64,000 bases of DNA from Camelus ferus (lineage: Eukaryota): assembly GCF_009834535.1 (NCBI RefSeq), contig NC_045701.1, forward strand, positions 20,522,001-20,586,000. Direction: 5' to 3'. This document shows, piece after piece, positions 11,871 to 25,259 of the stretch (positions are counted from its first letter, which is position 1; every line of letters starts with the position of its first letter). Below the pieces are notes generated by a model. It was not told the origin of the DNA. It saw only the letters and a list, made by a program, of their open reading frames with translations, and ran no database searches. The position numbers and the translations under genes are program-made.

Positions 11871-14800
11871 TTCCATCTTATTCCTGGAGCGTGTCTGCTG
11901 TCTCCTACAACAAGCACCCTCTTGCCTTGGCCTCCACCTTCGTTAGACTGATAGATACATAGTGAATGCCTGCTGTTGGCAGGGCGTTGTGCGAGATACG
12001 ATCCCTCTTTGGTTATCCATGGCAGTCTGTTTATGATAACTCTTACTATAATTGTTTATGTATCTGGCTCCCTCTACTTCATCATAAGCTCATAACTTCC
12101 TTGAAGCAGGAACCATGTCTTACTAAATCTTTATCCCTTTCAACCAACGCAGTAACTGTGTTTGTTAAATTGAATACAAAGTGGTGTAAGACAGTGCTAC
12201 TAGTTTTAAGGAACTCATAATCTAGTAGACGTGAGACAAACAAAAAAAAAGCATATTCTAAGGAAGTGTACAGTCTTTTACACCTGTAGTACCTGTCACA
12301 TAGGTGATATAAAACAAGTGCTTTGGAGGGCAGAGAAGAAATAGTATCTTCAGATTGGGTTAATGAGGGAAAGCTTCTTGAATAAGTTGCATTTAAGCTG
12401 GTCTTTAAAGGATAATTAGGATTCCGATGAGTGCAGATGGATGAAGGAACACTGTACATGTTTGGGGGTGAGGAGAGGTCAGACTAAAGTCAATTTTTTC
12501 AGTAAAGAATTTGGAAAATAATACCCATTTTTTAATTTTTTGTTTTTTAAATATATGGTACCTATCCTTGTACAACTTGCCTTTTTTTTTTTAACTCGAG
12601 GCTTTTGAGAAGTATCCTTTGGATACATGAAGATCTGATTCATTCATTTTAACTGCTTATGAGTTCCATTGTATAATTAAATCACAGTTTATTCCCTGCT
12701 GAGGAACAGTTAGTTGTTTTCTTACTTTTTTCTCCTGTTACAAACAGTGCTGCAATTGTCATTCTTAAAGGTGTCTCTTTAGTGCATTTGTGTAAGAATT
12801 TCCCTAGAAATTCATCATCAACTTAACTACCTATTACCATTTGCTCTCAACAGTGGATTCTAAGAGCATTTTTATTTCCCCATATCTTCACATACTTGAT
12901 TATAGGAGATTTTTTAAATTTTGCCCAATCTAATTTTACATCCATTAGATGTGATATCTCATTATTTTAATTTTTATTTCCCTGATTACTAGTGATACTA
13001 GGCATCTTGTTCGTATGTTAATCGAAATCGTAGGTTTTCTCTTCTGTAAGTTACCTGTTTCTGTCATTTACCCATTTTCTATTTGATTTGTTTTTATACA
13101 TCCAAAATCTAATATTTATTTCCCAGGGTTTTTTGGCTTGTCTCAATTATGGAGTCTTCTGTTACACAGGCATTTTTAGTTTTAGTGTTGACACATTAAT
13201 CATTTTTATCTTTTATGAGTTGTGGTGTTTTGTATACTGTTTAAGAAATCCTTCCCCACCCTGAAACTATAGATATTCAAATTACAAAGATTTTCTATCA
13301 TCTAGGTGTTTGCATATGCTGAATAGGATTGAATGCACAATTGTGCAAGACAGACTCTTAAGTTAAGGAGCTACAAACCAATACGGATGTAGATGTTGAA
13401 AATGTTTTTCATACTTGAGTCTTTAATCCATCTGAAGTCTGTGTGTGTGTGTGTGTGTGGTGTCAGCGATCTAATTTTACTAGTTTATCTTATGGTTAGC
13501 CAATTATCCCTACTACTCCATTGTTTGACTAGCTCATCCACTGTTCACTGGTTTTTAATGTCACTTCTGTAATATACCAAGTTCTCAAATAGGTTTGTTT
13601 CTCTGCACTCTGTGTTTACTTGATCTCTGTGTATCCCTGAATCAATGAGATATTTTTTAGTTACTATAAATTTAAATAAACCTTTTGATCTCATACAGAA
13701 AACCTCCCCCACCTCATCTTAATTGTCTTTTTTTTTTTTTTCATTAAGACTTTAGAGCAGTTTTAGGTTTACAGCAAAATTGAGGGGAAGGTACAGAGAT
13801 TCCCCATATACCTCCTACCTTTACACATGCATAGCCTCCCCATTATCAACATCTCCCACCAAAGTGATACATTTGTTATGATTGGTGAACCTACAGTGAC
13901 ACTTCTTTATCACCCAAAGTTTACATTAAGGTTCTCTCTTGGTGTTGTATACTCTGGATTTGGACAAGTATATAGTAACATATATCCATCATTACAGTAT
14001 CATACACGGTATTTTCACTAAGTAATATGCTTTTAAGCTTCCTCCATGTCTTTTCATGGCTTGATAGTTCATTTCTTTTTAGCACTGAGTAATATTCTGT
14101 TGTCTGGATGCATTGCAGTTTATCCATTCACCTCGTGAAGGACATCTTGGTTGCTTCCAAGTTTTAGCAGTTATGAATAAAGCTGCAGTAAATATCACTG
14201 TGCAGGTTAATGTGTGGACAAAAGTTTTTGCCTCCTTTGGGGAAATACCAATGAGAGNNNNNNNNNNNNNNNNNNNNNNNNNNNNNNNNNNNNNNNNNNN
14301 NNNNNNNNNNNNNNNNNNNNNNNNNNNNNNNNNNNNNNNNNNNNNNNNNNNNNNNNNNNNNNNNNNNNNNNNNNNNNNNNNNNNNNNNNNNNNNNNNNNN
14401 NNNNNNNNNNNNNNNNNNNNNNNNNNNNNNNNNNNNNNNNNNNNNNNNNNNNNNNNNNNNNNNNNNNNNNNNNNNNNNNNNNNNNNNNNNNNNNNNNNNN
14501 NNNNNNNNNNNNNNNNNNNNNNNNNNNNNNNNNNNNNNNNNNNNNNNNNNNNNNNNNNNNNNNNNNNNNNNNNNNGAATTTTCTTGGCTCTTTTTGGCCC
14601 CCTGTTCTTCCATATTATTTTAGAATCAGCCTGTGGATAGCTTTTAATGGAATTGTATTGAAATTATAGATCCTGCATTTATTAACTTGGGCATGGTTGC
14701 CATCTTCTCATCCTTGAACATGATGTATCTCAACATTTATTTTGATCTTTTATATCTTTCAATACAATTATATATTTTTCTTCCTAAAGACCTTGTACAT

Positions 14801-17800
14801 CTTCTGTTGAATTTATTCCTTGGTGTCCTATAGATTAGTTGTGATAGTAAATAGTATTTGGTTGGGGGAGGTAATTAGGTTTATTTCATTTTTTAATGGA
14901 GGTACTGGAGATTGAACCCAGGACCTCTTGCATGCCAAACAGGCACTCTTCCGCTGAGCTATACCCTCTCCCCATAAATGGTATTTTTAAACTGTATTTT
15001 CTAATTATATGTAGTCCAGTGTACAGTTACAGTTGTTTTTATCCAGCATTATCCCTGAATTTTTTTAGCTTGTCTGTTGATTATCTTATATTTTCTACAT
15101 AGATAATCATATAGTCTGCAAATTATGGCAGTTCTTTCCTTTTCAGTCCTTACCTTTTATCTCTTTTTCTTATTGTACTAATTAAAACCATAATATAATG
15201 TTGATTAGAGGGTATGATAGGGACAACATAACAATGCCCACTGTTCTTTAAAGTAATGCTTCTAATATTTTATCATTAAGTATAATGTTTGCTGTATCTA
15301 TTTTTAAGTGATGTGACTTTAAATATATAAACTTTAAATAGTGCATTACTTTTTCCCTGTTAATTTTCTAAGGTTAAGCCATCCTTGTAGTCCTGGGCTA
15401 TATCCTATTATGTCACTATAGCTTAGGGGGTTCTTTATTGGTTTTTACATTGCCTGAATACGTTTACTGTTATGTTATGTAATATTTTTGTATCTATGTT
15501 CATAAGTGAAGTCCACCTAAAGCTTTCCCTTGACCTGTCCAGTTTGGTTATCAAGCTTATATTCTTCATATATAATATGTTGGTTACTTTTCACTATTTT
15601 TCTACTCATTGAAATTGTGGGTATTTGTAAGAGACAGATAATCTATGCTTGTAGGTTTGATAAGCACATAAGCTAAAAGAGAAGAAGGAAGAAATAAAAA
15701 TTAGAAGATTGAGTTATTTGGTCATATATTATAAAGACTGCCATGGAAAAGTCCAAAGGAACTGAAAGAATAGCTGATCAGTATTTTAATTTTATATTCC
15801 CACTGAAGTCGCCCTTACTGTGTGCTGGGCACTGTTACAAATAATTTGCTTTAGCCCTGTAGTTGAGGTGAAATAGCATGACGTTGTGATGGAGGTAGTC
15901 TCCCTCTTCGGGGGAACCTTTTCTCTTGTTTAACTGTCCACCTTCCTCCACTTCATTGTACCCAAGCTAGGCCTCATTAGTGTTGGTATTCGCAAGATGC
16001 CTAGCCGTGACTTGGCCTTTGTAGGAAAACACCATTATATGAATAGATGATTGGATAGCAGCTCATCTTCTCCTGCTTGGACTCTTGTTTACCAGAAATA
16101 CAGGGCTCTGCCTGCAAAGGCCAAGGGTTGAAGGACATTGGGAAAGAGACTACTGAAACATAATAAGTTATCTTTCTCACCCAGGTGAGATTTCGATGGA
16201 AAAAGTGAAGGTAAAACGTTACGTATCGGGAAAGAGGCCAGACTATGCCCCAATGGAGTCCTCAGATGAGGAGGATGAAGAGTTTCAGTTCATTAAGAAA
16301 GCCAAGGAACAAGAAGCAGAGCCTGAGGAACAGGAGGAGGATTCATCTAGCGACCCTCGGCTGCGGCGTTTGCAGAACCGTATCAGTGAAGATGTGGAAG
16401 AGAGGTAGTGACTAGAATTATGTTTCCCTGGACCTGAACCCCTAAGGTTAATTAATAGGAACAACAATAAAGCTAATATTTGAATAATATTTACTATGTG
16501 CCAGGTATTATTCCAGGCATATTACATTTACTAAATCTTGTAATCCACATAATAAACTTATGAGGTAGGTACTGTTATCCCCATTTTACAAGTGAAGAAA
16601 CTGAGGCACAGCAGGGTTACGAAGATAACTCAGTAAGGGAATAGAAAACACAGGCCATTGGTTGGTTTATTGAGGAGTCTTTTTAGCATTAAGATATCTC
16701 ATAAAATTTGAGAAATTGATTTTATCCATTTACTTATCCTGAAGGCTAAACGAGGAGAAATGACACTGATGAAGTAGGAAAAAAGGACTGATGAATGGTC
16801 TCATGTTGGAAAGGGAGCCTCCCAGTAAGGGACTTTGTATGTTGCGTATTGACGGAGACATTACCCTGCAGAGAAAGTCATAGGTCCTGAACTTTCACAG
16901 TTCATATTGTCTCAGGAATTTTTTCACAGATCCCGTAGGCCCAAACAGTTGTGTTTCTTTTATTAAGTAGTTAGATCCAAATGATTTAATAAATAGTTAT
17001 GTCGTAACAACATAGCCATTTGAAATATATAATGCACATAAAAGAAAAAACATTTTTATTTCATTCTTACATAACCAAAGTTACTTACTAGTGGGGTTTA
17101 TGTGCCTCATGGGTTCTGACAACTTCTCAAACCTTAGGGACAGATTGGCACTGTCACTCTCATTTCCTGTTCCATATTGACTGTTATGCAGTACTTACTT
17201 TTTATCACAGCAGCCCAAGATATGATATCATTGAAAGGAAACGTAGTGTGATCTAATGTTGAAACCAAACTACCTTACACTGTAAAATATATCCCAGTGC
17301 ACCCATATGAGTTTGTTGCAGTGCCCAGGATGCCTCAGCATACTTTTAATGCTTTAGTTCCAACTTGACTATCTGCTCTGATACTTTGAGTTAATTTTTT
17401 TAATCTGCCCCTCAGTTTCCTCATCTCAAGACTTCAGAATTAATAAGAGCAAACATAATGTCCAGGTGCTCTGTGACTAAGGAAATGTGGTTGATGCCCC
17501 TTCTTTTTTGTGACATTGGTGTNNNNNNNNNNNNNNNNNNNNNNNNNNNNNNNNNNNNNNNNNNNNNNNNNNNNNNNNNNNNNNNNNNNNNNNNNNNNNN
17601 NNNNNNNNNNNNNNNNNNNNNNNNNNNNNNNNNNNNNNNNNNNNNNNNNNNNNNAAGAGGAAGAGATTGATGATGAGGTATAGGAGAGAAAAGGAGGGGG
17701 AGGGTATAGCTCAAGTGGTAGAGCACATGCTTAGCATATAGAAGGTCCTGGGTTCAATCCCCAGTCTTTCCTCTGAAAATAAGTAAATAAGTAAACCTAA

Positions 17801-20800
17801 TTCCCTCCTCCTCCAAAAAAAAAATTAAAAAAGAAAAGAAAAAAGGGAAGTCATTTCTGGGTACGAGAAAAACTTAGGGCGTGGTGCTCATTTGTGGAGG
17901 CCTTAAAGGCACAAGACATCTGCTTTTGGCAGAAATCTGATCTAATGTTACCTATTTGTTGGGGATAAGATTGAAAGTAGAATGGTACTAAGTTTCATTT
18001 GCTCATATCAGAATTTGTTAAGCTTGATGAGATAAAAATAAAAAGCCATCTTAAGGCACAGACCATTTGGCTGACTGACTTGGACGTATAACTTGAAGGA
18101 AATAGAACGGCGCCGTGGCATGATGCGTCAGCGAGCACAGGAGAGGAAAAATGAAGAGATGGAAGTCATGGAGGTGGAAGACGAGGGTCGTTCTGGGGAG
18201 GAGTCAGAATCAGAGTCTGAGTATGAAGAGTACACAGACAGTGAAGATGAGATGGAGCCTCGCCTTAAGCCTGTCTTCATTCGGAAGTAAGTATCTCACA
18301 AGCCAGGCCTGAGTCCCGTCATTACTACCTTCCAAGCTGGAGATAGAAGCCATTTTTCTATCTTTTGCTCTTCTGAAATGTCAGCAGTAAGTAAAAGTCT
18401 TCTGCTCAGTGCCCCAACTTGGTAGAATATTTATTTGCTCAGGCATATCTTGGTGTTAGCAGGGAGCCTGAGTTTATTTTCCCGTCTCCCTTTCCAGTTA
18501 AAGAAAACATACCTGCTGAGGTCTTAATTTAATAAACACAAAATTAAGTTTGTAGAGCAAATTCCTGTTCCTTTCCTAATGGCTAGAAATCCTACTAGTC
18601 ACAGTCCAGCAGGTTTCTTGCTATTCAGGCCGTTCTCAAAGACGAATGAAATTTTGATGCTCTGAAGACCAGGGCTGACTCCCATTTTTGGCTCTTTGGA
18701 AATAATAGAGCCAAAGATTGTTTGGCTTTGTCTGATTTGGATGGGACTTGACTTAGGGGAGCCAAGAGCTGCACTCCAAGGGCTTCGGGTAGTTAACAGG
18801 ACCTCTGTGCCACAGGAAGGACCGAGTAACAGTTCAAGAACGGGAGGCAGAAGCATTGAAACAGAAGGAGCTGGAGCAGGAGGCCAAACGCATGGCTGAG
18901 GAAAGGCGCAAGTACACGCTCAAGGTACTGGGGGTGGCTGTGAGGACTGAGCACAAGGAGTCGAGTGTTGAGGTTTGTCTGAGGAGAAATCCAACAGTTG
19001 AATTGTTCTCCCTGTCCAGATTGTGGAAGAGGAGACCAAGAAAGAGCTGGAGGAGAACAAGCGGTCCCTGGCTGCACTGGACGCGCTCAATACTGATGAT
19101 GAAAATGATGAGGAGGAATATGAGGCATGGAAAGTTCGGGAGCTCAAGAGAATCAAAAGGGACAGAGAAGATCGTGAAGCGTGAGTAATAGGATGGGCCT
19201 GGAGTCTAATAGTGCCAGGGGGACAGGTTCCTAGTAGGGGAGCTCTGAGGCTCCATACCTACTGTGAGTTCTGTTCTAGCTTTCTTTCAGGTCCTTGCAA
19301 CTGGGTGAGTTCCCCATAGTTGGAATGTGGTTTGTGACAGTAAAATCAGGGGAAAGAAACACATGTTGTCTGTGTTTCTCCATGACAGAGTGCCAGCTGA
19401 CTCTTTGGTTTCCTGGTAGACACATATAAGTTACTCGCTGTAATCAGTTATTTATTGTTGTGTAACAACCCAACCCCAGATTAAGTGACTTGAGACGATT
19501 ATTGCTCACAGTTTTGGAGGTTGGCTGTGCAATTCCTCTGCTGTTTTCAGCTAGGTTCTCTTACGCAGTTGTGTCCAGCTGGAAGATTGACTGGGCTTCA
19601 CTTACAAGTCTGGTAGTTGATGCTGACTGTCAGCGAGGATGCCTCATTCTCCAGCTTCAGTAGGCTAGACTGGTTTTCTTACATAATGGTCTCAGGGCAG
19701 CATTCCAAGAAGACAAAGGTGGAAGCTGGCAAGATCTTTTGAGGCTCACATGTCATTTCTGCAGAGGGGCATGCATACTGTGAGGGGGAGAATTTGTGGC
19801 ATTTAAATAATCTACCACAATCACTATGTTATAGCAGAATCATTTCTGAGCTGCATCACCCACTCCTAAAAATTACTAGGAATTAGGTGATAATCCCAGA
19901 TTACAAAGGGAAACCCTCAATAGAAGACTGTGTCCTTAGTCTGCAGTTTTTAACCTTCAGTTTTTACCCTGGGCTTCGAGGAGTCCATGTACCCTTTAAC
20001 GTTGTATGAAAAATTTTGTGTATCTTTGCATTTTTTGAAGAAAAGGAATCTGTGACTCTCCACCCAAAAAAAGGTTACAGTCACTTCAGTCTAATTGATA
20101 ATGGTGATCCTTGGTTTGTGACATGTAAGCACATTACTAAAGGAATACCAGTAAAGTCTTACACAGAGTTATTTTAAATTCTGTTTTGTTTTGTTTTGTT
20201 TTTTTAAAACTAAGAAGGCTTTTTAGAAAATGGGAATTAGGTAATGTTATCAAATCAAGCAGTATGTCTGAACCTCTAAAAGGCTAGAATCAACTTTTGG
20301 AAGTTTGCAACACGGTCTTGTGAGCATCATGACTTCTTCACTTTTTTATTTATTGAGCTCCTGACCTTTCCTAACAGGTAATGACTAGACTTGATGAAGA
20401 TGAATAATGCTTGAAAGGAGGTGGGACTTTGTCAAATCAGATAATTGGGTCTTTCTGAAGCTGAAATGATCCTAATAAAGTTTTGTTCTCTGGACAGGCT
20501 TGAGAAGGAGAAAGCAGAAATTGAGCGCATGCGAAACCTGACTGAGGAAGAAAGGCGAGCAGAGCTTCGGGCAAATGGCAAAGTCATTACCAACAAAGCT
20601 GTTAAGGGCAAATATAAGTTCTTACAGAAGTATTATCACCGGGGTGCCTTCTTCATGGTAAGAATTGAAAAGAGAAGGGGAAAATGGGGCAATAAGAATA
20701 ACTCAGAAGCTTTGAATACTTTTTCTCCCTCAAGTATAAACTGGTCCTGAGATATTACTTCCACTTGCAGTGGTCAACTTTCTTATCTGCTTTTTGTCTC

Positions 20801-23354
20801 TGAAGAATATAAACCCAATAGAGAAAAGCATTGGCAGCAGGATTTTAGAAGTAGCAGCAAGTGTTCTCTTTTGGCTCCAACTCTTGGAAGGAGGAAATGA
20901 TGTAACAGAAGAATCGAGGAGCTGAAATAGAGTGACCCATCCTGATACTAGACTACTGAGTTCCCTCACATCACTGGGATATCATTATTCATGGCTAAAT
21001 GAGAAATTTTGGTTATGAGAAAACCAAGCTCTGCATAGAGGTTTACATTAACTCATATTTGGGTGACAGAAGTTTAATTGACTTCATTCTGAGCGGACAG
21101 AAATTGACCAGGTCTAACTGACCAAAAAAATGGTTAATTACCTAACCATTATGTGTAATGCCATCATGTTTGTTCCTCATATAAAGACCAGCATCAAAAT
21201 AGAATTCTATTAACCCTATGTAAAGTGAAAAGTACTTCTTCCAAAGTATTTGGATAATTCCTTAATAGAGAAATAGCAGGAAAGAGAATGAGAGAATTGA
21301 CTGCATTTATTACTCTAATAGCATGTCGTTTGTTAAATTATTTCCTGATGTTAAAGGAGTTTGTATCAAAAACCTAGACTAGCCTTTTCAGATGCTTTGT
21401 AGCAAAACTTAAATATCCTGAACTGCAGCTAAATTCCTGCCTTTCACTGTAGATACCAGTAAAAATTTAAAACTTCAGTGGAGGATTCCTTACTCCCCTC
21501 CCTCCAAAATCAGTGTCTAGTTTGCTCAGTGGAAAACGTTTGCTTATTATATGGTTTTCCAGCTCATGTAGTTTTCTAGATGGGAGTCACTGGAGATTAT
21601 AAATTTCTTGTACTACCTCAGAGTCATAAAATATCGCTTAAGCATTTCAGTGCATTGCTGACTAAGATACATAGGAATGGTTTATGTGCAAGTCTTTTGG
21701 TATACATACTCATGTATCAACTCTTCTCCTCTGGACAATAAGAGTGACATTGAAATGACTTCTGAGATTAAATAAGGTAGTCTCAGGCTCTAACAAGGAG
21801 AAAAGTTGATGTCAGGAAAACTATGTAATTGTCCTACCTTTCAACTGGGCCTTTCTGTAGCTGAAGGGAAAAAGAGTACTCCAAACGTGTGTTTGGTTAA
21901 AGGACTCATCTCTTCCATGAAGCTTTCCTTAACGGAGATGGAACTATTTTAATTCCTTCAGCACATACATTTATCATCTATATCGTAACATTATAGTCTT
22001 AATGATATGTTTATTTGAAACTATTCTCTATAGTTATTTTATATAGTTCATCAAGTAAACCTTTTGAGCATTTACTATGTAAAGGGTACTACTGTTTAAC
22101 ATGGCTAGAGGATACATAATCCTTGCCCTCAGAAGGTTTACAATCGAACAGTGGAGTTAAGGCAAATATATACTATAACATAAGGAAGAGTGAAAGTACT
22201 ATGGGACTTATGAAGAGAGAGGTGTTACGTTTGGTAGAAGATTGAAAAGGATGATGTCAAGGAGGTGACATTTAAGATATATAGACTTTCTGACATTCAG
22301 TGGTAGGAAGACATTCCAGGTAAAGGAACCGGAAGGAATGGAGGCAGAAATTATCATCTGTGAAGGCAAGGAGAGGTAGCTTAGGGCTGTATAGTATTTG
22401 GCCTTGACTACTACACAAAGGAATTGTGCTTATTTAATGAGAACCATTGAAAGTTTTTGAGCAGGATAGACATGTAAGGAGAGTTGTTTTAGAAACATTA
22501 ATCCAGTGGAATGTGTAAGATTGATTACAGGGAAAAACTATGATAACTGAGGTAATGAGAATCTAAGTAATTGACAGAATGTTGGTCCTATTAATAGAAG
22601 AGTCAGGAAGAGGCTGATTTGGAAAGGTTAGGGAAATAATTTTCACTTTAGATGTGAGTTTGAAATCCCAACAGAATATCCAAGCTAATACATATATCAG
22701 GCAGTAGAAGAATCAGGTTTGGAGGTTTGAGAGGCTTGTACGATGTTGAAGTCATGGGAGTGAATGAACATATTGAGTGCAGAGGGAAACATAGCCAACC
22801 TCCAGGAAATGTCTACACTTAGGCAGGAAAAAGACAAAGGAAAAAAGGAGTATCATTTCCTCAACTAGATGTAAGCTCTTGGTTCAATACCCTCTGCTTT
22901 CTTTGTATCCCTTGTTGTAAAGTTTAATAAATTTGTAGTTTGAATATATGAGAATAAAACCACAAGATGAATAAGACTCTTTTCTACAGGATGAGGATGA
23001 AGAAGTATACAAGAGAGATTTCAGCGCACCTACCCTGGAGGATCATTTCAACAAAACCATTCTTCCCAAAGTCATGCAGGTATAGGGTACCTTAATGTCA
23101 TGAGAAAAGTAATGTATTGAGGGCAGGGAGACATGTTTGGTGGTATAACTCATCATTTGTCCTTCTCACAGGTCAAGAACTTTGGACGCTCTGGTCGTAC
23201 CAAATACACCCACCTTGTGGATCAAGACACCACCTCCTTCGACTCAGCATGGGGCCAAGAGAGTGCCCAGAACACAAAGTTCTTTAAACAGAAGGCAGCT
23301 GGGGTACGAGATGTATTTGAACGGCCATCTGCCAAGAAGCGGAAAACTACTTAA
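11610..23354 (+). CDS. MFAP1: Microfibrillar-associated protein 1 (spliceosome B-complex factor), 439 aa
   Basis: Exons 11610-11688, 16185-16404, ~17548-17677 (mostly inside N gap; only the 3' end EEIDDE is visible, length inferred as 130 nt from the human protein), 18099-18286, 18816-18924, 19020-19180, 20498-20657, 22990-23079, 23172-23354. Sum 1320 nt = 439 aa + stop. Starts [20 protein letters not shown], ends PSAKKRKTT. Confidence 0.97.
13440..13460. repeat. (TG)n microsatellite
   Basis: tgtgtgtgtgtgtgtgtgtgg. Confidence 0.9.
14860..14974 (-). mobile_element. tRNA-derived SINE (Vic-1-like)
   Basis: Reverse-complement SINE body; TSD TAAAT(A/G)GTATTT at 14848-14859 and 14975-14986. Confidence 0.85.
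16465..16630. mobile_element. MIR SINE
   Basis: MIR core: atgaggtaggtactgttatccccattttacaagtgaagaaactgaggcacag. Confidence 0.8.
17523..17654. other. Assembly gap (132 N) covering most of MFAP1 exon 3
   Basis: N run. Other N runs: 3460-3588, 4504-4645, 5211-5420, 14258-14575, 41796-42009. Confidence 0.99.
17693..17845 (+). mobile_element. tRNA-derived SINE (Vic-1-like) just inside MFAP1 intron 3
   Basis: gggtatagctcaagtggtagagcacatgcttagc...gggttcaatcccc plus A tail. Confidence 0.85.
19437..19820. mobile_element. MaLR (MLT1-type) solo LTR
   Basis: Begins tgtaatcagttatttattgttgtgtaacaacc, ends aatctaccaca (TG...CA termini), with MLT1-like internal motifs. Confidence 0.7.
22060..22960. mobile_element. 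L2 LINE fragments
   Basis: gagcatttactatg...cttgccctcagaaggtttacaatc and purine-rich antisense L2 sequence. Confidence 0.65.
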
Positions 23355-23847
23355 GAGTTCAACTATTTATTCTTCCAGCTGTGGGACACAAGGGGGAATC
23401 TCAGCATCTGGTCCTTCATTTGCTTTTACTATTATTTACATGGCCCCTGCTGGACCTACTTGTGAGACTGGGCAAACCCAGTCTTTGAAGGTGCTTTGTG
23501 AGGTTTGGACTCACGCTGAGAAACCCACAGAAAAGCACTGTCAGGGTAGGATTAAAGGATCCCCACTTAGAACTATTTCTGAGAAATCTTCAACTTCATC
23601 ACTGCTCTGGCTTCCCATATTCACTTGGGACTGTTCCAAGTTTCTTTTTCCAGCTCTTAGCTTGGGTTAGAAACATGGGCATGTAAGTGGACAATGCGTT
23701 ACTTCTACCTTACAGGAAGTCTAAGCTCTTTGAAACCTGTTTTGCATTTTGGGGGTAAATTTTTCTAGGTGAACATACTTTTTGATCCATTTGTGTGTGT
23801 CAAGAAATAAGACTCATACACCAAGAGCTTTTTTTTAGCATACTGGA

Positions 23848-23853
23848 AATAAA
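23848..23853 (+). terminator. Candidate MFAP1 polyadenylation signal AATAAA
   Basis: First AATAAA about 500 nt after the stop; a second at about 23885. Confidence 0.55.
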
Positions 23854-24519
23854 ATGTACAGCCTGACAAGTACCCATTAACCAAAATAAAAGATAGCAGA
23901 GAATTGTCTGGCAAAAGATGTTTCACATTTTGATCATCCCCTTTGATCTCAAACACAGCTACACAGACTCTAATATAAGTGGCACCCAGGTTTATTCCGT
24001 GAGCAAATACATGTCCTTGCTCTCTAAACTATAGCTGTATATAAAACAAAACTGGACCCATGAGATGAGTTCAAGTACCTACAGTATCTTCTCCTTGCCC
24101 AGTTCATATATAAAGGGCACAGTGCTCTCAAGAGTTTTAATGTAATGATTTCATGCTAGATGTCACTAGTAGAGTTACATTGTTTTTCCATTTAACATTT
24201 ACATAACCACCATGCAAGTGGCAGAGCCTAGGAGTCCTAGGGATTACGAGAAATGACATTTAGTCACTGGGAAGGCTGCTTCTCAATTGCATAAAAGAGG
24301 ACAAGGTCCTTTCACATCCTTTAAACGCCCCACTGGGAGAATCACTCATAAATCCTTAAATGTCCTAGAATAAAAATATAAGTGCAAATAATTACTATGA
24401 GGTAATAAACACAAAGATGAATATAAGTCACTGTTGTATGTGCCAGAGGGGGATACAATCTAAAACTTATCCTAGAGCTTGCCAAAATGAGAATAAGACC
24501 TTGAAATTCTTTTTGGAAA

Positions 24520-24700
24520 GTGTAGTGCCATTTGAGTGTCTGCTCTGAGGCAAGTACTAGGCCAAGCGTTTTACATTCACTTGCTCATCAATTCTTAAAA
24601 CAACCTATCAGATAAGTATCATTTTACAGTTGAGGAAACAGAAGCTCAGAAAGGGTGACTTGGCCAAAGTTGATCAACTTTTAAGGTAAAATGGTATTCT
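24520..24700. mobile_element. MIR SINE
   Basis: cattttacagttgaggaaacagaagctcagaaagggtgacttggccaaag core. Confidence 0.75.
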
Positions 24701-25211
24701 CTCTAGGACAGGAAATGACATCTAAGGCTTAAGTGTTGTGGTTCAGAATTAAAATATTGAATCAATTAAAATAAAAGTCATAAATTCTGTGTAAGGGCTA
24801 ACTTTTGATAACTTCTGTACTTACCATATTCCCACCTCAGTACCTAAATTCTAACTCAAAGTGGCTTATGACTGGTGATTTACATCTATACACAGTGGCT
24901 CCTAAGCAGATACTGGCCTTTCTGCTATTCATAAGCTACCCTAGAGACACATGCCATAGGGTATAGTAAACTTTGCTGAGACTCTAAATGTACCTTGAAT
25001 ACTGTGAGAACTAGTCAAATGAGTGAGCCTGCCCTGCCACTTAGCATCTGCATCTGCACATCAAGTACTCTTCTATAATGATCCTTCACATAGGTTCATT
25101 AAGGGTTATGCTCCAACATGTAAGTTTCCCATAATAAAATACAATATAACATACAATGCACTTGATCCAAAATGACAAAACTGCAAGGGAAAAAAAAAAA
25201 AAAGACGAATC

Positions 25212-25217
25212 TTTATT
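25212..25217 (-). terminator. HYPK polyadenylation signal AATAAA
   Basis: AATAAA about 43 nt after the stop, followed by a U-rich run on the minus strand. Confidence 0.75.
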
Positions 25218-25259
25218 GAAATAAGTTAATTCCAGAGGGTAGGCCTGAGAAAGCACATT

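Larger units (their letters stand above)
12600..15700 (-). mobile_element. Several antisense L1M fragments in MFAP1 intron 1 (including an L1MA/MB-type 3' end at about 13730-14250)
   Basis: Characteristic L1 3' UTR (gtacagagattccccatatacc...cacccaaagtttacattaagg) plus degenerate ORF2 pieces; T-rich on the + strand. Confidence 0.75.

Noticed and set aside
18687-18715. 9-bp hairpin TTTGGCTCT...AGAGCCAAA in MFAP1 intron 4
   Set aside because: No C/D or H/ACA boxes in the proper arrangement; a stem this short is expected by chance.
25189-25203. A15 run next to the HYPK 3' end, suggesting a retrogene poly(A) tail
   Set aside because: HYPK is on the minus strand and has introns; the run is U-rich downstream sequence for that strand.
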